Origin: Candidatus Sysuiplasma jiujiangense
GTDB taxonomy: Archaea; Thermoplasmatota; Thermoplasmata; Sysuiplasmatales; Sysuiplasmataceae
Reading direction: 5' to 3'
NCBI GenBank assembly: GCA_019721075.1
Contig: JAHEAD010000009.1
Coordinates: 29,888 to 93,887 of the forward strand
Length of the DNA: 64,000 nucleotides
Within the stretch, counting starts at the first letter, position 1, and each line of letters starts with the position of its first letter. The translations under genes were made by a program, and so were the position numbers. The notes under the pieces were generated by a model. The model was not told the origin of the DNA. It did no database searches and saw only the letters and a list, made by a program, of their open reading frames with translations. Shown here piece after piece: positions 29,563 through 38,763 of the stretch.

Positions 29563-29964
29563 CTAGTGCTCGCGGTCCACTTGCACCAGTCTTTCCCTGG
29601 AGTCGCATATGGAATCAATGGTTTTGTCGAGCCTGCTGTCCTTATTTATGGTGTGGTTCTTCAGAATGAAGTATGCAGCCTCATTCTCATCCACGAAGTA
29701 CCCTCCTCTCACCATCTCTTGGAGGACATGCATGACTGCAGGCGCGGCAACAATCTTGATCACTCTTCTGTTCTCAGGCGCCTCGTTCGCAGTGCCTGCG
29801 ACGCTACCATCTTCTTCGAAGATAAAGCGCCTGATCGCCTCTCGAGCTAAATGAGATCTGCTCGCAAATTCCGTGTGCGATTCAAGGAATTTGTCGATTG
29901 TCTTTATCTCATTGTCGTCGAGACGAAGAGAAATCCTGTTGTCCACCATTGTGCCCTTCTCCAT
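29563..29964 (-). CDS. Ribbon-helix-helix (CopG-like) DNA-binding protein with a ~70-aa C-terminal extension, immediately upstream of the FtsZ-like gene
   Basis: RISLRLDDNEIKTIDKFLE...SRSHLAREAIRRFI RHH pattern; 112-nt gap to the FtsZ-like gene on the same strand. Confidence 0.6.
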   Translation of the reverse strand: MEKGTMVDNRISLRLDDNEIKTIDKFLESHTEFASRSHLAREAIRRFIFEEDGSVAGTANEAPENRRVIKIVAAPAVMHVLQEMVRGGYFVDENEAAYFILKNHTINKDSRLDKTIDSICDSRERLVQVDREH

Positions 29965-30010
29965 CGGATATTCGCAGGGATGACATAACCTTCAATTTAT
30001 ATTTAATACT

Positions 30011-30040
30011 TTTGTCATGCGTCGTACGAAGTATGACAAA
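30011..30040. promoter_or_regulatory. Extended imperfect palindrome TTTGTCAT-GCGTCGTACGAAGT-ATGACAAA upstream of the RHH/FtsZ-like operon (just beyond a TATA-like TTAAATATAAA on the minus strand)
   Basis: 9-bp perfect arms flanking a CGTACG-centred core. It sits in the intergenic region between the ECF S-component 3' end and the RHH gene start. Confidence 0.45.
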
Positions 30041-30071
30041 CAGACCGAAAACGGAGAACACAAATTCCGAA

Positions 30072-30827
30072 TCAGTCAATGTATTCGACGGTAAATCTTT
30101 TTCTATATCTCTCCAGTATTTTTATCGTGTACGCACCCAGAAAAACAGTGAAGAGCAAATTTGCCATGGCGTCTATCAGGTTGAAGGGTATTCCCGCAAC
30201 CATTATCGGTATGAGCGGCGCTTCGCCGTTGTAGCTCAGCCAGGTAAAGAAATCAAGCGGCATTCCGAATATGAATCCCCAGGCGAAATTATACGCGGAC
30301 AGAGTCTCGACGGAAATAGTGCCAAAACGTTTTCTGATGGCACCGCCTGACCAGCCCGCTATGGCCCACATAAGCATCTGCCAGACAGTCCATGGACCCT
30401 GCCCCAGAAACATGTTGGAAATGGCAGGTGTGAGAATGCCGACCATAACACCGGCCTCTGGACCGAAGACGTATCCGGTTATCACTATTAGGAAGGTGCA
30501 GGGTTTGAAATTGGGAATTGGAATCACGAGGCGAGAAGCTGCAGAAAGCGCCGCAAGCGTTCCGATTACAGCAATCTCCTTAGTGCCGCTCTGCCTCCTT
30601 TCATACCTCATGACGATCGACAAAACGAGAAGGGCGGAAACTACGAACGAAATTGCGGAGTAATATATCACAACATTGATATTGTGCAGACCGGCAAAAC
30701 TGAGTGAATTCGGGTTGAAAGAGAGCATCACAGAAACAACGACCAGACCGAGGGAAAGAGCCGCGGCCACCGGCCATAGCCGTTCGATGGCGTGCCTTTT
30801 CTCTTCAGCATCTGCAGTGCTCTGCAT
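30072..30827 (-). CDS. ECF transporter substrate-specific (S) transmembrane component
   Basis: Multi-TM hydrophobic protein directly downstream of EcfA-A' and EcfT. The start was trimmed to an internal Met; the longer ORF overlaps ecfA. Confidence 0.6.
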   Translation of the reverse strand: MQSTADAEEKRHAIERLWPVAAALSLGLVVVSVMLSFNPNSLSFAGLHNINVVIYYSAISFVVSALLVLSIVMRYERRQSGTKEIAVIGTLAALSAASRLVIPIPNFKPCTFLIVITGYVFGPEAGVMVGILTPAISNMFLGQGPWTVWQMLMWAIAGWSGGAIRKRFGTISVETLSAYNFAWGFIFGMPLDFFTWLSYNGEAPLIPIMVAGIPFNLIDAMANLLFTVFLGAYTIKILERYRKRFTVEYID

Positions 30828-32313
30828 CACATCGATCCTCCGGAGTTGTCTCCACAATTTTACCCTCTTCCAATCTGTAAACCCTGTCAGCATAGGAATG
30901 AAGCAGGAACCGATCGTGCGTCGTCATGAGCACAGACTTGGCGTACCCTGATGAGAGTCCTTCAAGAAAGGTCATGAATTTCTCTTTTTTCCAGTAATCC
31001 ATGCCTCTTGTCGGTTCATCAAGCAGGACGATTTTTCTGCCGCCCACTAGTGTGCAGGCTATTGCCGCAATTTCCCTTTCGCCGCTGCTAAGTTCCCTGG
31101 GAAAACGTTCCATCATCGACTGTATTCCCAGTGATGAGGCGACAGCAGCTGCTTTCTCCTTCAGAAATCCTTGATCGGAGGCGGACATACCTGAATATTT
31201 TGCTGAAAATATCAGTTCTTCGAGAAGTGTCTGATGGAAAAGATATGAAAGCGGGTTGTGACCGAGATATGCCACATGTTTCGAAATGTCAAGCGGTGTG
31301 AGATGTGTGACATCCATGCCGTCAACGCCGATTGCTCCGCGTTGCCTTGGTATGAAATTCATTATAGACTTGAGCAGAGTCGTCTTTCCTGATCCGTTCT
31401 TACCTGTAAGCATGGCCAGTTCACCACCGGCAACACTGAAAGTTACACCGTCGAGAATGCGCAGCCCTTCTATATCAACGACAAGATCTTTCACTGAGAG
31501 CATCGCTCTATCTGAAAAAATGCTGCGATGGCCTTGACCGCGGTTACTGACAGGTCTGAAAAGACTGATGCCCCTTTCCCCATACCACCGTTCAGTCTCA
31601 CCCATCTTCCCGTCGACCTCTATTTTCCCTCCATTCATGACTAGGAAGCGGGAACAGTATTTTGCAACCCTTTCGATTCTGTGCTCCGATATAATGATGG
31701 TATGCCCGGCCCTTTTCAGGCCCAGAAGTATCTTCATCAGGGACTCCGTGCCCTGATCGTCCAGCTGGGATGTGGGTTCGTCCAGAAGAATATATTTTGT
31801 CCTGGAAGCGGCTACAGATGCAATTGCAATTCTCTGCTTCTGCCCCGCGGAGAGTTCGACTACGCTTCTCTCAAGCAGGTTCCCCGCCTCCACTAGAGAC
31901 ACGACTTCAGCTATGTCCGCCCTGATCTCCTCCTCTGTCCTTCCCCTGTTCCTCAGGTTGAATGCAACCTCTTCGCCTGCTGAGAGCATTATGAACTGGT
32001 TTTCAGGGTCCTGAAATACGGTGCCTACCGCCGAACTGAGTTCATAGGGGGTAGCGTCCCTCGTATCAATTCCATCCACGATGACATGACCGCCGAACTG
32101 CCCGCCGTAAAAATTTGGAATCAGTGAATTTAGGCATCTGAAAAGGGTCGTCTTGCCGGAACCGGTAGGTCCGCAGACGAGCACCATTTCCCCTTCAGAT
32201 ATGTCAAGGCTGTCTATGCTCAGAGAGATCCTTTCTGCATCGCTATACCGGAACTTCAGATCCCTGATTTGCAGCAACTTTTGACCTCCCGTTAAACACG
32301 AAGAAGGGAACAT
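30805..32313 (-). CDS. ecfA: ECF transporter duplicated ATPase (fused EcfA-EcfA')
   Basis: Two ABC cassettes: GPTGSGKTT...LSAGQKQR...LLDEPTSQLD and GKNGSGKTT...LSSGEREI...LLDEPTRGMD. Confidence 0.9.
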   Translation of the reverse strand: MFPSSCLTGGQKLLQIRDLKFRYSDAERISLSIDSLDISEGEMVLVCGPTGSGKTTLFRCLNSLIPNFYGGQFGGHVIVDGIDTRDATPYELSSAVGTVFQDPENQFIMLSAGEEVAFNLRNRGRTEEEIRADIAEVVSLVEAGNLLERSVVELSAGQKQRIAIASVAASRTKYILLDEPTSQLDDQGTESLMKILLGLKRAGHTIIISEHRIERVAKYCSRFLVMNGGKIEVDGKMGETERWYGERGISLFRPVSNRGQGHRSIFSDRAMLSVKDLVVDIEGLRILDGVTFSVAGGELAMLTGKNGSGKTTLLKSIMNFIPRQRGAIGVDGMDVTHLTPLDISKHVAYLGHNPLSYLFHQTLLEELIFSAKYSGMSASDQGFLKEKAAAVASSLGIQSMMERFPRELSSGEREIAAIACTLVGGRKIVLLDEPTRGMDYWKKEKFMTFLEGLSSGYAKSVLMTTHDRFLLHSYADRVYRLEEGKIVETTPEDRCDAEHCRC

Positions 32314-33139
32314 TGACTATCAGCACCGACAACATCCCAATCAGAGAATAGCCGGCATATATCGATGTTACTGAATAATAATCAGCTTCCCCAATTCCGT
32401 AAAGGGAAAGAACTGTGAAAGTGAGAACGGAAAAGACGCTCGCAGCGATCTGGAACAGATCGAATCGGGTTAAGATTTCCTTCTTATGCTTCCACCGGGA
32501 AGGGAATCCCCTCGTCTCCATTGCTTCAGCAACAGCTATTCCCCTGTCCATCGAACTATAGAGCATAGGATACAGGACATGAGACGCTGCCCTTACTCTG
32601 TCGAGCATCCTGCCGCTCCTCAGTGGAACGCCGCGTGCCTCAAACGCCTGCAGAATTTCATCGCCTTCATTGCTCATCACCGGCATGAGCCTGGTGGAGA
32701 TGAGGAGTGCACCTGCCGTCTTCCTGCTCAGGCGGGATAAAATTGACATGACTGAATCTGGATCGACTGTGAGCAGAAGCATTTCGAATGACATAACAGA
32801 ACTTACAAGTCTGATGGTCATGGATATTGAAAACAGTACCGGTGAAATGGTTACAGATATGAAACTGATGCTGTAGATTATTCTTCCTCCGGGACCGAAA
32901 ATAACGGAGATTACGGCAAGGAATGCCGACATGTACACTATAAAACGTGAGAAATAAAACGCTTCTCTGAGAACACCCGCAAGACATGCAGTAATGATAA
33001 TCAGGAAGAGTACAGCCATCTGAATCTCTATGCTGGAGAACAGGATGGAGAGATAGAAGAGAGCCGATAGATATGCGATTCTGGCCCAGGGATTCAGGTT
33101 GTAGAATGAGGTTTCCCTTCTCCTGTATGCAAATTTCAT
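32243..33139 (-). CDS. ecfT: ECF transporter transmembrane (T) component, CbiQ family
   Basis: Polytopic membrane protein with a CbiQ-like profile, overlapping the ecfA start. Confidence 0.75.
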   Translation of the reverse strand: MKFAYRRRETSFYNLNPWARIAYLSALFYLSILFSSIEIQMAVLFLIIITACLAGVLREAFYFSRFIVYMSAFLAVISVIFGPGGRIIYSISFISVTISPVLFSISMTIRLVSSVMSFEMLLLTVDPDSVMSILSRLSRKTAGALLISTRLMPVMSNEGDEILQAFEARGVPLRSGRMLDRVRAASHVLYPMLYSSMDRGIAVAEAMETRGFPSRWKHKKEILTRFDLFQIAASVFSVLTFTVLSLYGIGEADYYSVTSIYAGYSLIGMLSVLIVNVPFFVFNGRSKVAANQGSEVPV

Positions 33140-35208
33140 TTTTGCTTTCTCTTCCTATGGGACATTACAGCATAAACAGCAGACACTGCAACTACCAGCA
33201 CTACGATCCCGATTACAAGATAAAGATAGGGGCCCGGGAAACTCTGTTTCTTGGAGGGAGCAACTGTTTTCACGACATGGACGACAGAATTTACGATCAC
33301 CTGGCCTGAATAGTAGGCGGTGGTGTTATTCGAGTATATGACGGTCAGCGTCACGGGATATGTACCGTTGGCGGTGTAGGTGTGCTCAGCAGTCTGTGAA
33401 TAGGAGTACTGACCGTTACCGACATACCATGTATAGTTCAAGACGGGCGATGCCTCCTGAATAATGTTTGCGTTGAGCGTCACTGTTCCGTTCACCTGGG
33501 AATAAGTGAAATTGGCTACCTGAAGGTGCTCGAACGAGAATAACTGGCCTGCATCGTTTCCCCAAACCATCGCCGTCCCGTTGTATGATGGTGATGAAAG
33601 CGAGTAGCTGCCGCTTACAGGATCTGTGAAATTCCAGATGAGATGGCCGTTGTCAGACAGTACGAAGACTGATGCATTCGACGAGTCCTCTGAAACAAGT
33701 AAATACTTCTCGAATGCGAACGGAGACGGACTTCCGTATTCGTTATTCAAACTCATTTTCCACAGAACAAAGGAGGTTGAATTCGATGCTGAAGTGTTGA
33801 CGGATATAAGCTCGCTGCCGTCAGAAAAGATTGCCTGATGGCCCATTGGCAGGACGCTCGATGGAAATGAGTTTGAGACGCCGACTGAATAATTTGCGGC
33901 AAAGGAGCCAGTAACGGCATTCAATTCAGTGAGTTCGACGCTGCCGTACGTGGAGGTTCCGGTGGATTTTTTTGCCTGGGTGAGATATACCATTCCGCCG
34001 TAGACAGCGGGTGTATCGTAAATCAGGCCGGAAATTCCGCGCTGCCAGAGAACATGCGGCCTGACGCTCGCATTCGGAACAGAGAGTGCTGTAACCCTGC
34101 CTGCACCATTCAAATTCGAGGCAACGTAGAGGGTGCTGCCGGAAAAGGAGGGGGAACTGTAATAAGACTGCGCTCCGAGCATAAAATTCCAGTACTCCGT
34201 ACCGTTAAACGAGAAATAGAAAATGCCTCCCGTGTCGTTCAGGACAAAATAGCCCTGCGGTCCAAGGACCGGAGAGCTCGTGATACCTGCGGAAGAATTG
34301 AGATTCAACCTGTAAACCAGGCTGCCGTCGGCCGCATTGAAGGCATAAAGATAGCCGTTAGTACTGGCTACGATCAGCATGCCGCCGGCGGCAAGGGGGG
34401 CAGCCAGTTCGTATCCGGAACTGCCCAGAGTGTTGTTCCATACCTGATCTCCATAGAAATTAAAGGCGAAAATGCCTGCCTTCCCGCCGTTTGACGGACC
34501 GTCGGTAAGGACGTAGACAAGACCGTTGTATTCAATCGGCTGTGAATCTATGCCGCCAAAATCAGTTGTGTTGATCCTTGCAGTCCATGACGGCGCTGGA
34601 ACGGGCGGAAGAAACGGCAGATTGGAATGCGGACTGCTGTAACCGGTACCTGCCGAAACAGCCCGGACCTGGTAGACCGGATACGGATCTACCGGCGTCG
34701 GAACCGGAGCGTACAGTGGTGCCGAGAAGTTTGATGTCCAATATGAGTAACTCAGTGCAATCGACAGGTTGCCGTTCATCGAGATACTTCCGATGCCAAC
34801 GGGAGAAACAGACCACTGATTCAGTGAGTTGTTCCAGATCCAGAGAGACCAGGACGGGTTGAATGTGGTATTGTTCTTCCAGACCCCGCCAATCATGTTG
34901 ACTAACGTGCCGAAACTGTAGTTTGTATAATTGAACGCCATGCCGTAATAGCCGACTGATGCAGCAGTCAGGTTAAAACCGTTGCCGTACCTGCCGTGCT
35001 GGGCGTAGTACCAGTAATATGAGCCGTTCTGAAAATAAATGAGCACAGAGTTCATCCCCTGCCCGATCAGGAAGTGCGCTGCGCCCTGAACAACCGTGTT
35101 TCCGTCATACTGCGTGACTTTCGTAGCCGGGGAATCATTTTGAAAAGCAGCACCTGCAAGAAGAAGCACCGAAACGACCGATATCACCAAGACAAAGTTC
35201 GCATTCAT
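33136..35208 (-). CDS. Cell-surface glycoprotein: signal peptide, PQQ-like beta-propeller repeats, PKD domain, C-terminal TM anchor with basic tail
   Basis: N-terminal MNANFVLVISVVSVLLLAGAAF; repeated YLYAFNAADGSLVY-type blades; PKD-like NYTWYVGNGQYSYSQTAEHTYTANGTYPVTLTV; C-terminal LYLVIGIVVLVVAVSAVYAVMSHRKRKQK; many NxS/T sequons. Confidence 0.75.
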   Translation of the reverse strand: MNANFVLVISVVSVLLLAGAAFQNDSPATKVTQYDGNTVVQGAAHFLIGQGMNSVLIYFQNGSYYWYYAQHGRYGNGFNLTAASVGYYGMAFNYTNYSFGTLVNMIGGVWKNNTTFNPSWSLWIWNNSLNQWSVSPVGIGSISMNGNLSIALSYSYWTSNFSAPLYAPVPTPVDPYPVYQVRAVSAGTGYSSPHSNLPFLPPVPAPSWTARINTTDFGGIDSQPIEYNGLVYVLTDGPSNGGKAGIFAFNFYGDQVWNNTLGSSGYELAAPLAAGGMLIVASTNGYLYAFNAADGSLVYRLNLNSSAGITSSPVLGPQGYFVLNDTGGIFYFSFNGTEYWNFMLGAQSYYSSPSFSGSTLYVASNLNGAGRVTALSVPNASVRPHVLWQRGISGLIYDTPAVYGGMVYLTQAKKSTGTSTYGSVELTELNAVTGSFAANYSVGVSNSFPSSVLPMGHQAIFSDGSELISVNTSASNSTSFVLWKMSLNNEYGSPSPFAFEKYLLVSEDSSNASVFVLSDNGHLIWNFTDPVSGSYSLSSPSYNGTAMVWGNDAGQLFSFEHLQVANFTYSQVNGTVTLNANIIQEASPVLNYTWYVGNGQYSYSQTAEHTYTANGTYPVTLTVIYSNNTTAYYSGQVIVNSVVHVVKTVAPSKKQSFPGPYLYLVIGIVVLVVAVSAVYAVMSHRKRKQK

Positions 35209-35217
35209 CAAATCACG

Positions 35218-35234
35218 TTGGATAATATATCCAA
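35218..35234. promoter_or_regulatory. Inverted repeat TTGGATA-ata-TATCCAA with an embedded AT-rich TATA-like core, 10 bp upstream of the surface-protein start codon
   Basis: 7-bp perfect arms seen directly. Confidence 0.4.
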
Positions 35235-35548
35235 CGGAATACTGAATTTGTATTTAAGCATAGCTGGAGTGTCCAATGACGGACATAGACTTCCAGCCCG
35301 GTTCCTGATTATGAACTGCAACAGGCATCGCTGGATTCAGCTGCTGCGGGCAGTGCTTGCAGTATGTCCATTTTGACTCAGGATGCAATATCAGTTACAC
35401 GCCCCAGAATTCCGATAACTCATTTCCGCTGCCTGTGAGCGCCTTCAGCTTCAGAATCGTGTTCATGCCTCAAATCATGAGAACGATTCAAATGCAGGCT
35501 GTTCCGGTTGTCCGGGCAAAGGAGCAGAGCTTCACCCTGTTTGACAAT

Positions 35549-36154
35549 TCAGACAACAGTCAGCGCAGCAAAGAAGGCCGCCTGTTCCGAAATTTCAGGC
35601 GAGTCGGCCGATGTCAGAATCACAGCATCCTCTTCTGAGCCGAGAAGTCTGCCGAATACAGCCGATTCGGCTTCAGCATCGGTGACTGGTTCCATCATGG
35701 GAGGAATGAGCAGCTTCCCTTTCATTATGAGCAGTGTCACCGCGCCAGCGGCACCGTGCCTGACTGCCTCGTCCCTCTGGAGAATCCCGTTGGTTATTTT
35801 TGGCGCTGCCTTCCTCGCAAGGGCGGCAGTGGTAAAACTTCCAAGCGAGAGTCCGCACCGTTTCACCGGACAGGTGTTGACAGGAAAGGACGACAACGTT
35901 TTCTGCGCCTTTCGCGTGAGTACAATACCGGAGTTGTTTCTGCGTATGAAACCTGCGTCTTCAAGCTCGTCCAGGAGAGTCCTGATGCTCCCCTCGCCTA
36001 TTCCCAGTTCTGAAGAAAGGCGGGCCCTGCCCGTCCTTCCTTTTTCGCTCAGAACTGAAAGTGCCTTGTAGTAGTGGAACGGTCCGAATTTTCTCCCCGG
36101 ACCGTGTGGCGACAGTTTCGGAAGGCCCGCTAAATCAGAAAACCGAGAGTTCAT
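35549..36154 (-). CDS. Winged-helix transcriptional regulator with a C-terminal putative sensor domain; its start overlaps the 3' end of metK by ~20 nt
   Basis: wHTH-like KALSVLSEKGRTGRARLSSELGIGEGSIRTLLDELEDAGFIRR. The long antisense ORF 35508..36071 was judged spurious. Confidence 0.5.
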   Translation of the reverse strand: MNSRFSDLAGLPKLSPHGPGRKFGPFHYYKALSVLSEKGRTGRARLSSELGIGEGSIRTLLDELEDAGFIRRNNSGIVLTRKAQKTLSSFPVNTCPVKRCGLSLGSFTTAALARKAAPKITNGILQRDEAVRHGAAGAVTLLIMKGKLLIPPMMEPVTDAEAESAVFGRLLGSEEDAVILTSADSPEISEQAAFFAALTVV

Positions 36155-37334
36155 TTCTAATTACTCTCTGAGTAACATATTTATCTATGTTATCGAGGTA
36201 ATCAGCTAAAATATTTTCTGCCTCTGATTTGTACCTGTTAAGTTTGACTCCGTCCGACATGATGATATCAATATTGCTGGAAAGCGGTTCAGATACCGGC
36301 TTGCCAATCTGAGAAAGTATTCGCACGCTGACTTCCTGTATGTCTCCCTTGCCCAGTTCATAAACCTTCTCTGCCACCTGCATGGAAAGCAGATTGTACA
36401 GCTTTCCCACATGTGTCACAGGATTCTTTCCCGCGGCAGCTTCAAGGCTCATGGGCCTGAACGGTGTGATTAGACCGTTGACCCTGTTTCCTCTTCCGAC
36501 AGATCCGTCGTCTCCGTTTTCCATGGACAGCCCAGTTACGGTGTTGTAATAAATGCCACTCTCATAATCGTCAGCGGTGTTTATGTATACAGTCACTTCC
36601 CTGTCTGTGTATTTTGAAGCATGTTCCAGTATCTTCTCGCTCATCTCCTCCTTCACGCTCATATAGTGATCCCTGTCAGGAATGCGTTTTCCGATCATTG
36701 CAATGGCACAGGTAACGGTAATCTTATCTCCCCTCCTGGAGGTCATTACCTTCACATCCTGTCCTGATTCGGGTATTTCTTTTTTCATTTCGCCGTTGAT
36801 AAATTTTTCAGTTTCCTTCGTAATTGTCTCCGCTTCGCTGAACGGCGCAAAACCGACACCGAAACTGGTATCGTTGGCAAGATATTTCTGTGTCTCGTAG
36901 AGACCCCTGAGATCCACGGAGCCCTGTCCGATCTTGGTTTCCAGTCTGACATTCCTGTCGGCTTCAAGATCCGGAAATGTATTCCTCAGGTAATTTATCG
37001 CAGCTTCTTCAGCGATTTCTCTGAAAGGAATATCCCTCTCACTTACCCTCGTTGTGGCTCTGCCCACAAGGAGGATATAAATCGGCTCTGAAACGACGCC
37101 GCCGCCAAAAGCCGGGGTTGCCTGACCTCCCACAATCTGGCATTCGTCCGTATTGTGATGCAGGACGCGGTCGAAGTGCTTTAGATAATATCTGCACAGT
37201 CCCCTGCTTACCTGCTCGGCTATTCCATCCGCAACACTGTCCGGATGCCCGATACCTTTTCTCTCAACCATTTCAGTTTCTGTCTTTTCGATTGGATCTG
37301 ATCTTAAATCTTTGACTGTTATGTTCTTGGCCAA
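36135..37334 (-). CDS. mat: S-adenosylmethionine synthetase, archaeal type
   Basis: [20 protein letters not shown] and ~400 aa archaeal MAT architecture. Confidence 0.9.
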   Translation of the reverse strand: MAKNITVKDLRSDPIEKTETEMVERKGIGHPDSVADGIAEQVSRGLCRYYLKHFDRVLHHNTDECQIVGGQATPAFGGGVVSEPIYILLVGRATTRVSERDIPFREIAEEAAINYLRNTFPDLEADRNVRLETKIGQGSVDLRGLYETQKYLANDTSFGVGFAPFSEAETITKETEKFINGEMKKEIPESGQDVKVMTSRRGDKITVTCAIAMIGKRIPDRDHYMSVKEEMSEKILEHASKYTDREVTVYINTADDYESGIYYNTVTGLSMENGDDGSVGRGNRVNGLITPFRPMSLEAAAGKNPVTHVGKLYNLLSMQVAEKVYELGKGDIQEVSVRILSQIGKPVSEPLSSNIDIIMSDGVKLNRYKSEAENILADYLDNIDKYVTQRVIRNELSVF

Positions 37335-37460
37335 CGTGACTACCTCGATGAAGTATTCATTCTTGCCATATTATTGTGGTTAATATCTGTTTGGCACCAA
37401 TATATTCCAGTAGGAATATTATATCACAATCGTGTGAACTGCTTCCACGTGAAAAACTGA

Positions 37461-38369
37461 TCAGCCCGACGGTCTCAGGCGATAACGAAGGAAATCCCTT
37501 GCAACGTAGGTTCTTTCAAATAATGCCCTGGCCTCATCGCGCAGCAGTTTATCGGTTTCATAACGGCCGCTGATATGTGTGAGATAGAGTCTGCGGGCGC
37601 ATGCCTTCCTTGCAACCGTTGCCGCCTCAGCGCTGGTTGAATGCATTGTGTAACGGGCCCTGGATTTGAGAGAGGAATCGAAGGTTGAATCAAACACAAG
37701 GACATCGACACCGCGAACAAGCCTGACTATTTCCCTGGTCGGCCTGGTATCCACGGCATATCCTACCGATAGACCGGCCCTTGGTTTTCCCAGTACCATT
37801 TCCGGCGTAATCCTTTTCCCTCCTACAATTATTTCCTTCCCTTTCTGCAGGACACCAAATGCCGGACCGGGCGTTACGCCGAGTTGTATTGCTTTTGCCG
37901 TATTGAACCTGCCCGGTCTGTCGTTTTCCTGGAGTCTGTATGCAAGGCATTTCACGTTGTGCTTCGCATTGTCGCAGGTGAGCCTGTATTTTTCAAAATC
38001 GAATGATGTATCTCGTGAAAGTTCCACAGGTATTATTCTGAACGTGTTGGTAAGCATCCGCATTTCAAGCAGAGACATAAGAAAGCCTGACAGACCCTCA
38101 GGCCCAATGACGTACAGCTCCCTCTTCCGACCGGAAAGCTGCATAGACTGGACGAGGCCGGGTATGCCGAGAACATGATCACCATGAAAATGCGAAAGAG
38201 CTATCCAGTTTACCTTCATGTAGGAAATTCCGGCGAGCATCATCTGCCGCTGGGTTCCCTCACCGCAGTCAAAGAGAAACGTACCTTCATCGAGTATCAC
38301 TGCGCATGAAGAAACATTCCTCTTTGTTGATGGCAGGGTAGCCGCAGTTCCGAGAAAAAGCAGTTCCAA
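37461..38369 (-). CDS. rnz: Ribonuclease Z (tRNA 3'-processing endonuclease)
   Basis: MELLFLGTAA N-terminus and LSHFHGDHVLGIPGL (HxHxDH), ~300 aa. Confidence 0.85.
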   Translation of the reverse strand: MELLFLGTAATLPSTKRNVSSCAVILDEGTFLFDCGEGTQRQMMLAGISYMKVNWIALSHFHGDHVLGIPGLVQSMQLSGRKRELYVIGPEGLSGFLMSLLEMRMLTNTFRIIPVELSRDTSFDFEKYRLTCDNAKHNVKCLAYRLQENDRPGRFNTAKAIQLGVTPGPAFGVLQKGKEIIVGGKRITPEMVLGKPRAGLSVGYAVDTRPTREIVRLVRGVDVLVFDSTFDSSLKSRARYTMHSTSAEAATVARKACARRLYLTHISGRYETDKLLRDEARALFERTYVARDFLRYRLRPSG

Positions 38370-38426
38370 TAAACCATCCTCACCTGGCTTCGAGTATGCA
38401 TTAATCAGCAGATGCTCCTGTACAAT

Positions 38427-38720
38427 TCACCAGGTGAGACGATCTAGTTCGCGTTCCGATCTGGTCGTCTTCTTGAAATCCCTGTAATGTTTCTTGCAAA
38501 GGTGGGCCCTGCCGCCGTTGTCCGGTTTTATCGACATTTTTGCTTTGCCTATTGCATCCCTGGCAGGGACAGACCTTACAGATTTCTCACTGCATGATAT
38601 GACGGAACACAGTTCTTCAGATGCATGCCTCACTGCATGTCTTTCAGCCATTGAAATCTGGATAGAATGGCTGGATAAATAAATTGATTCCTCCGAAATG
38701 ACCGGCGTGCGTCCAGACAA
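38427..38720 (-). CDS. Hypothetical small Cys/His-containing (possible Zn-ribbon) protein
   Basis: ELCSVISCSEK...HLCKKHYRD pattern; no family assigned. Confidence 0.3.
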   Translation of the reverse strand: MSGRTPVISEESIYLSSHSIQISMAERHAVRHASEELCSVISCSEKSVRSVPARDAIGKAKMSIKPDNGGRAHLCKKHYRDFKKTTRSERELDRLTW

Positions 38721-38763
38721 AGTTATTAATTCGCTTCACTTAGAGGCCTCCGGAGAATTCAAT

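Noticed and set aside
30011-30040. Intrinsic terminator for the ECF operon
   Set aside because: It is not followed by a T-tract on the minus strand. It was kept instead as a candidate operator for the RHH/FtsZ-like operon, with the terminator role only as an alternative.
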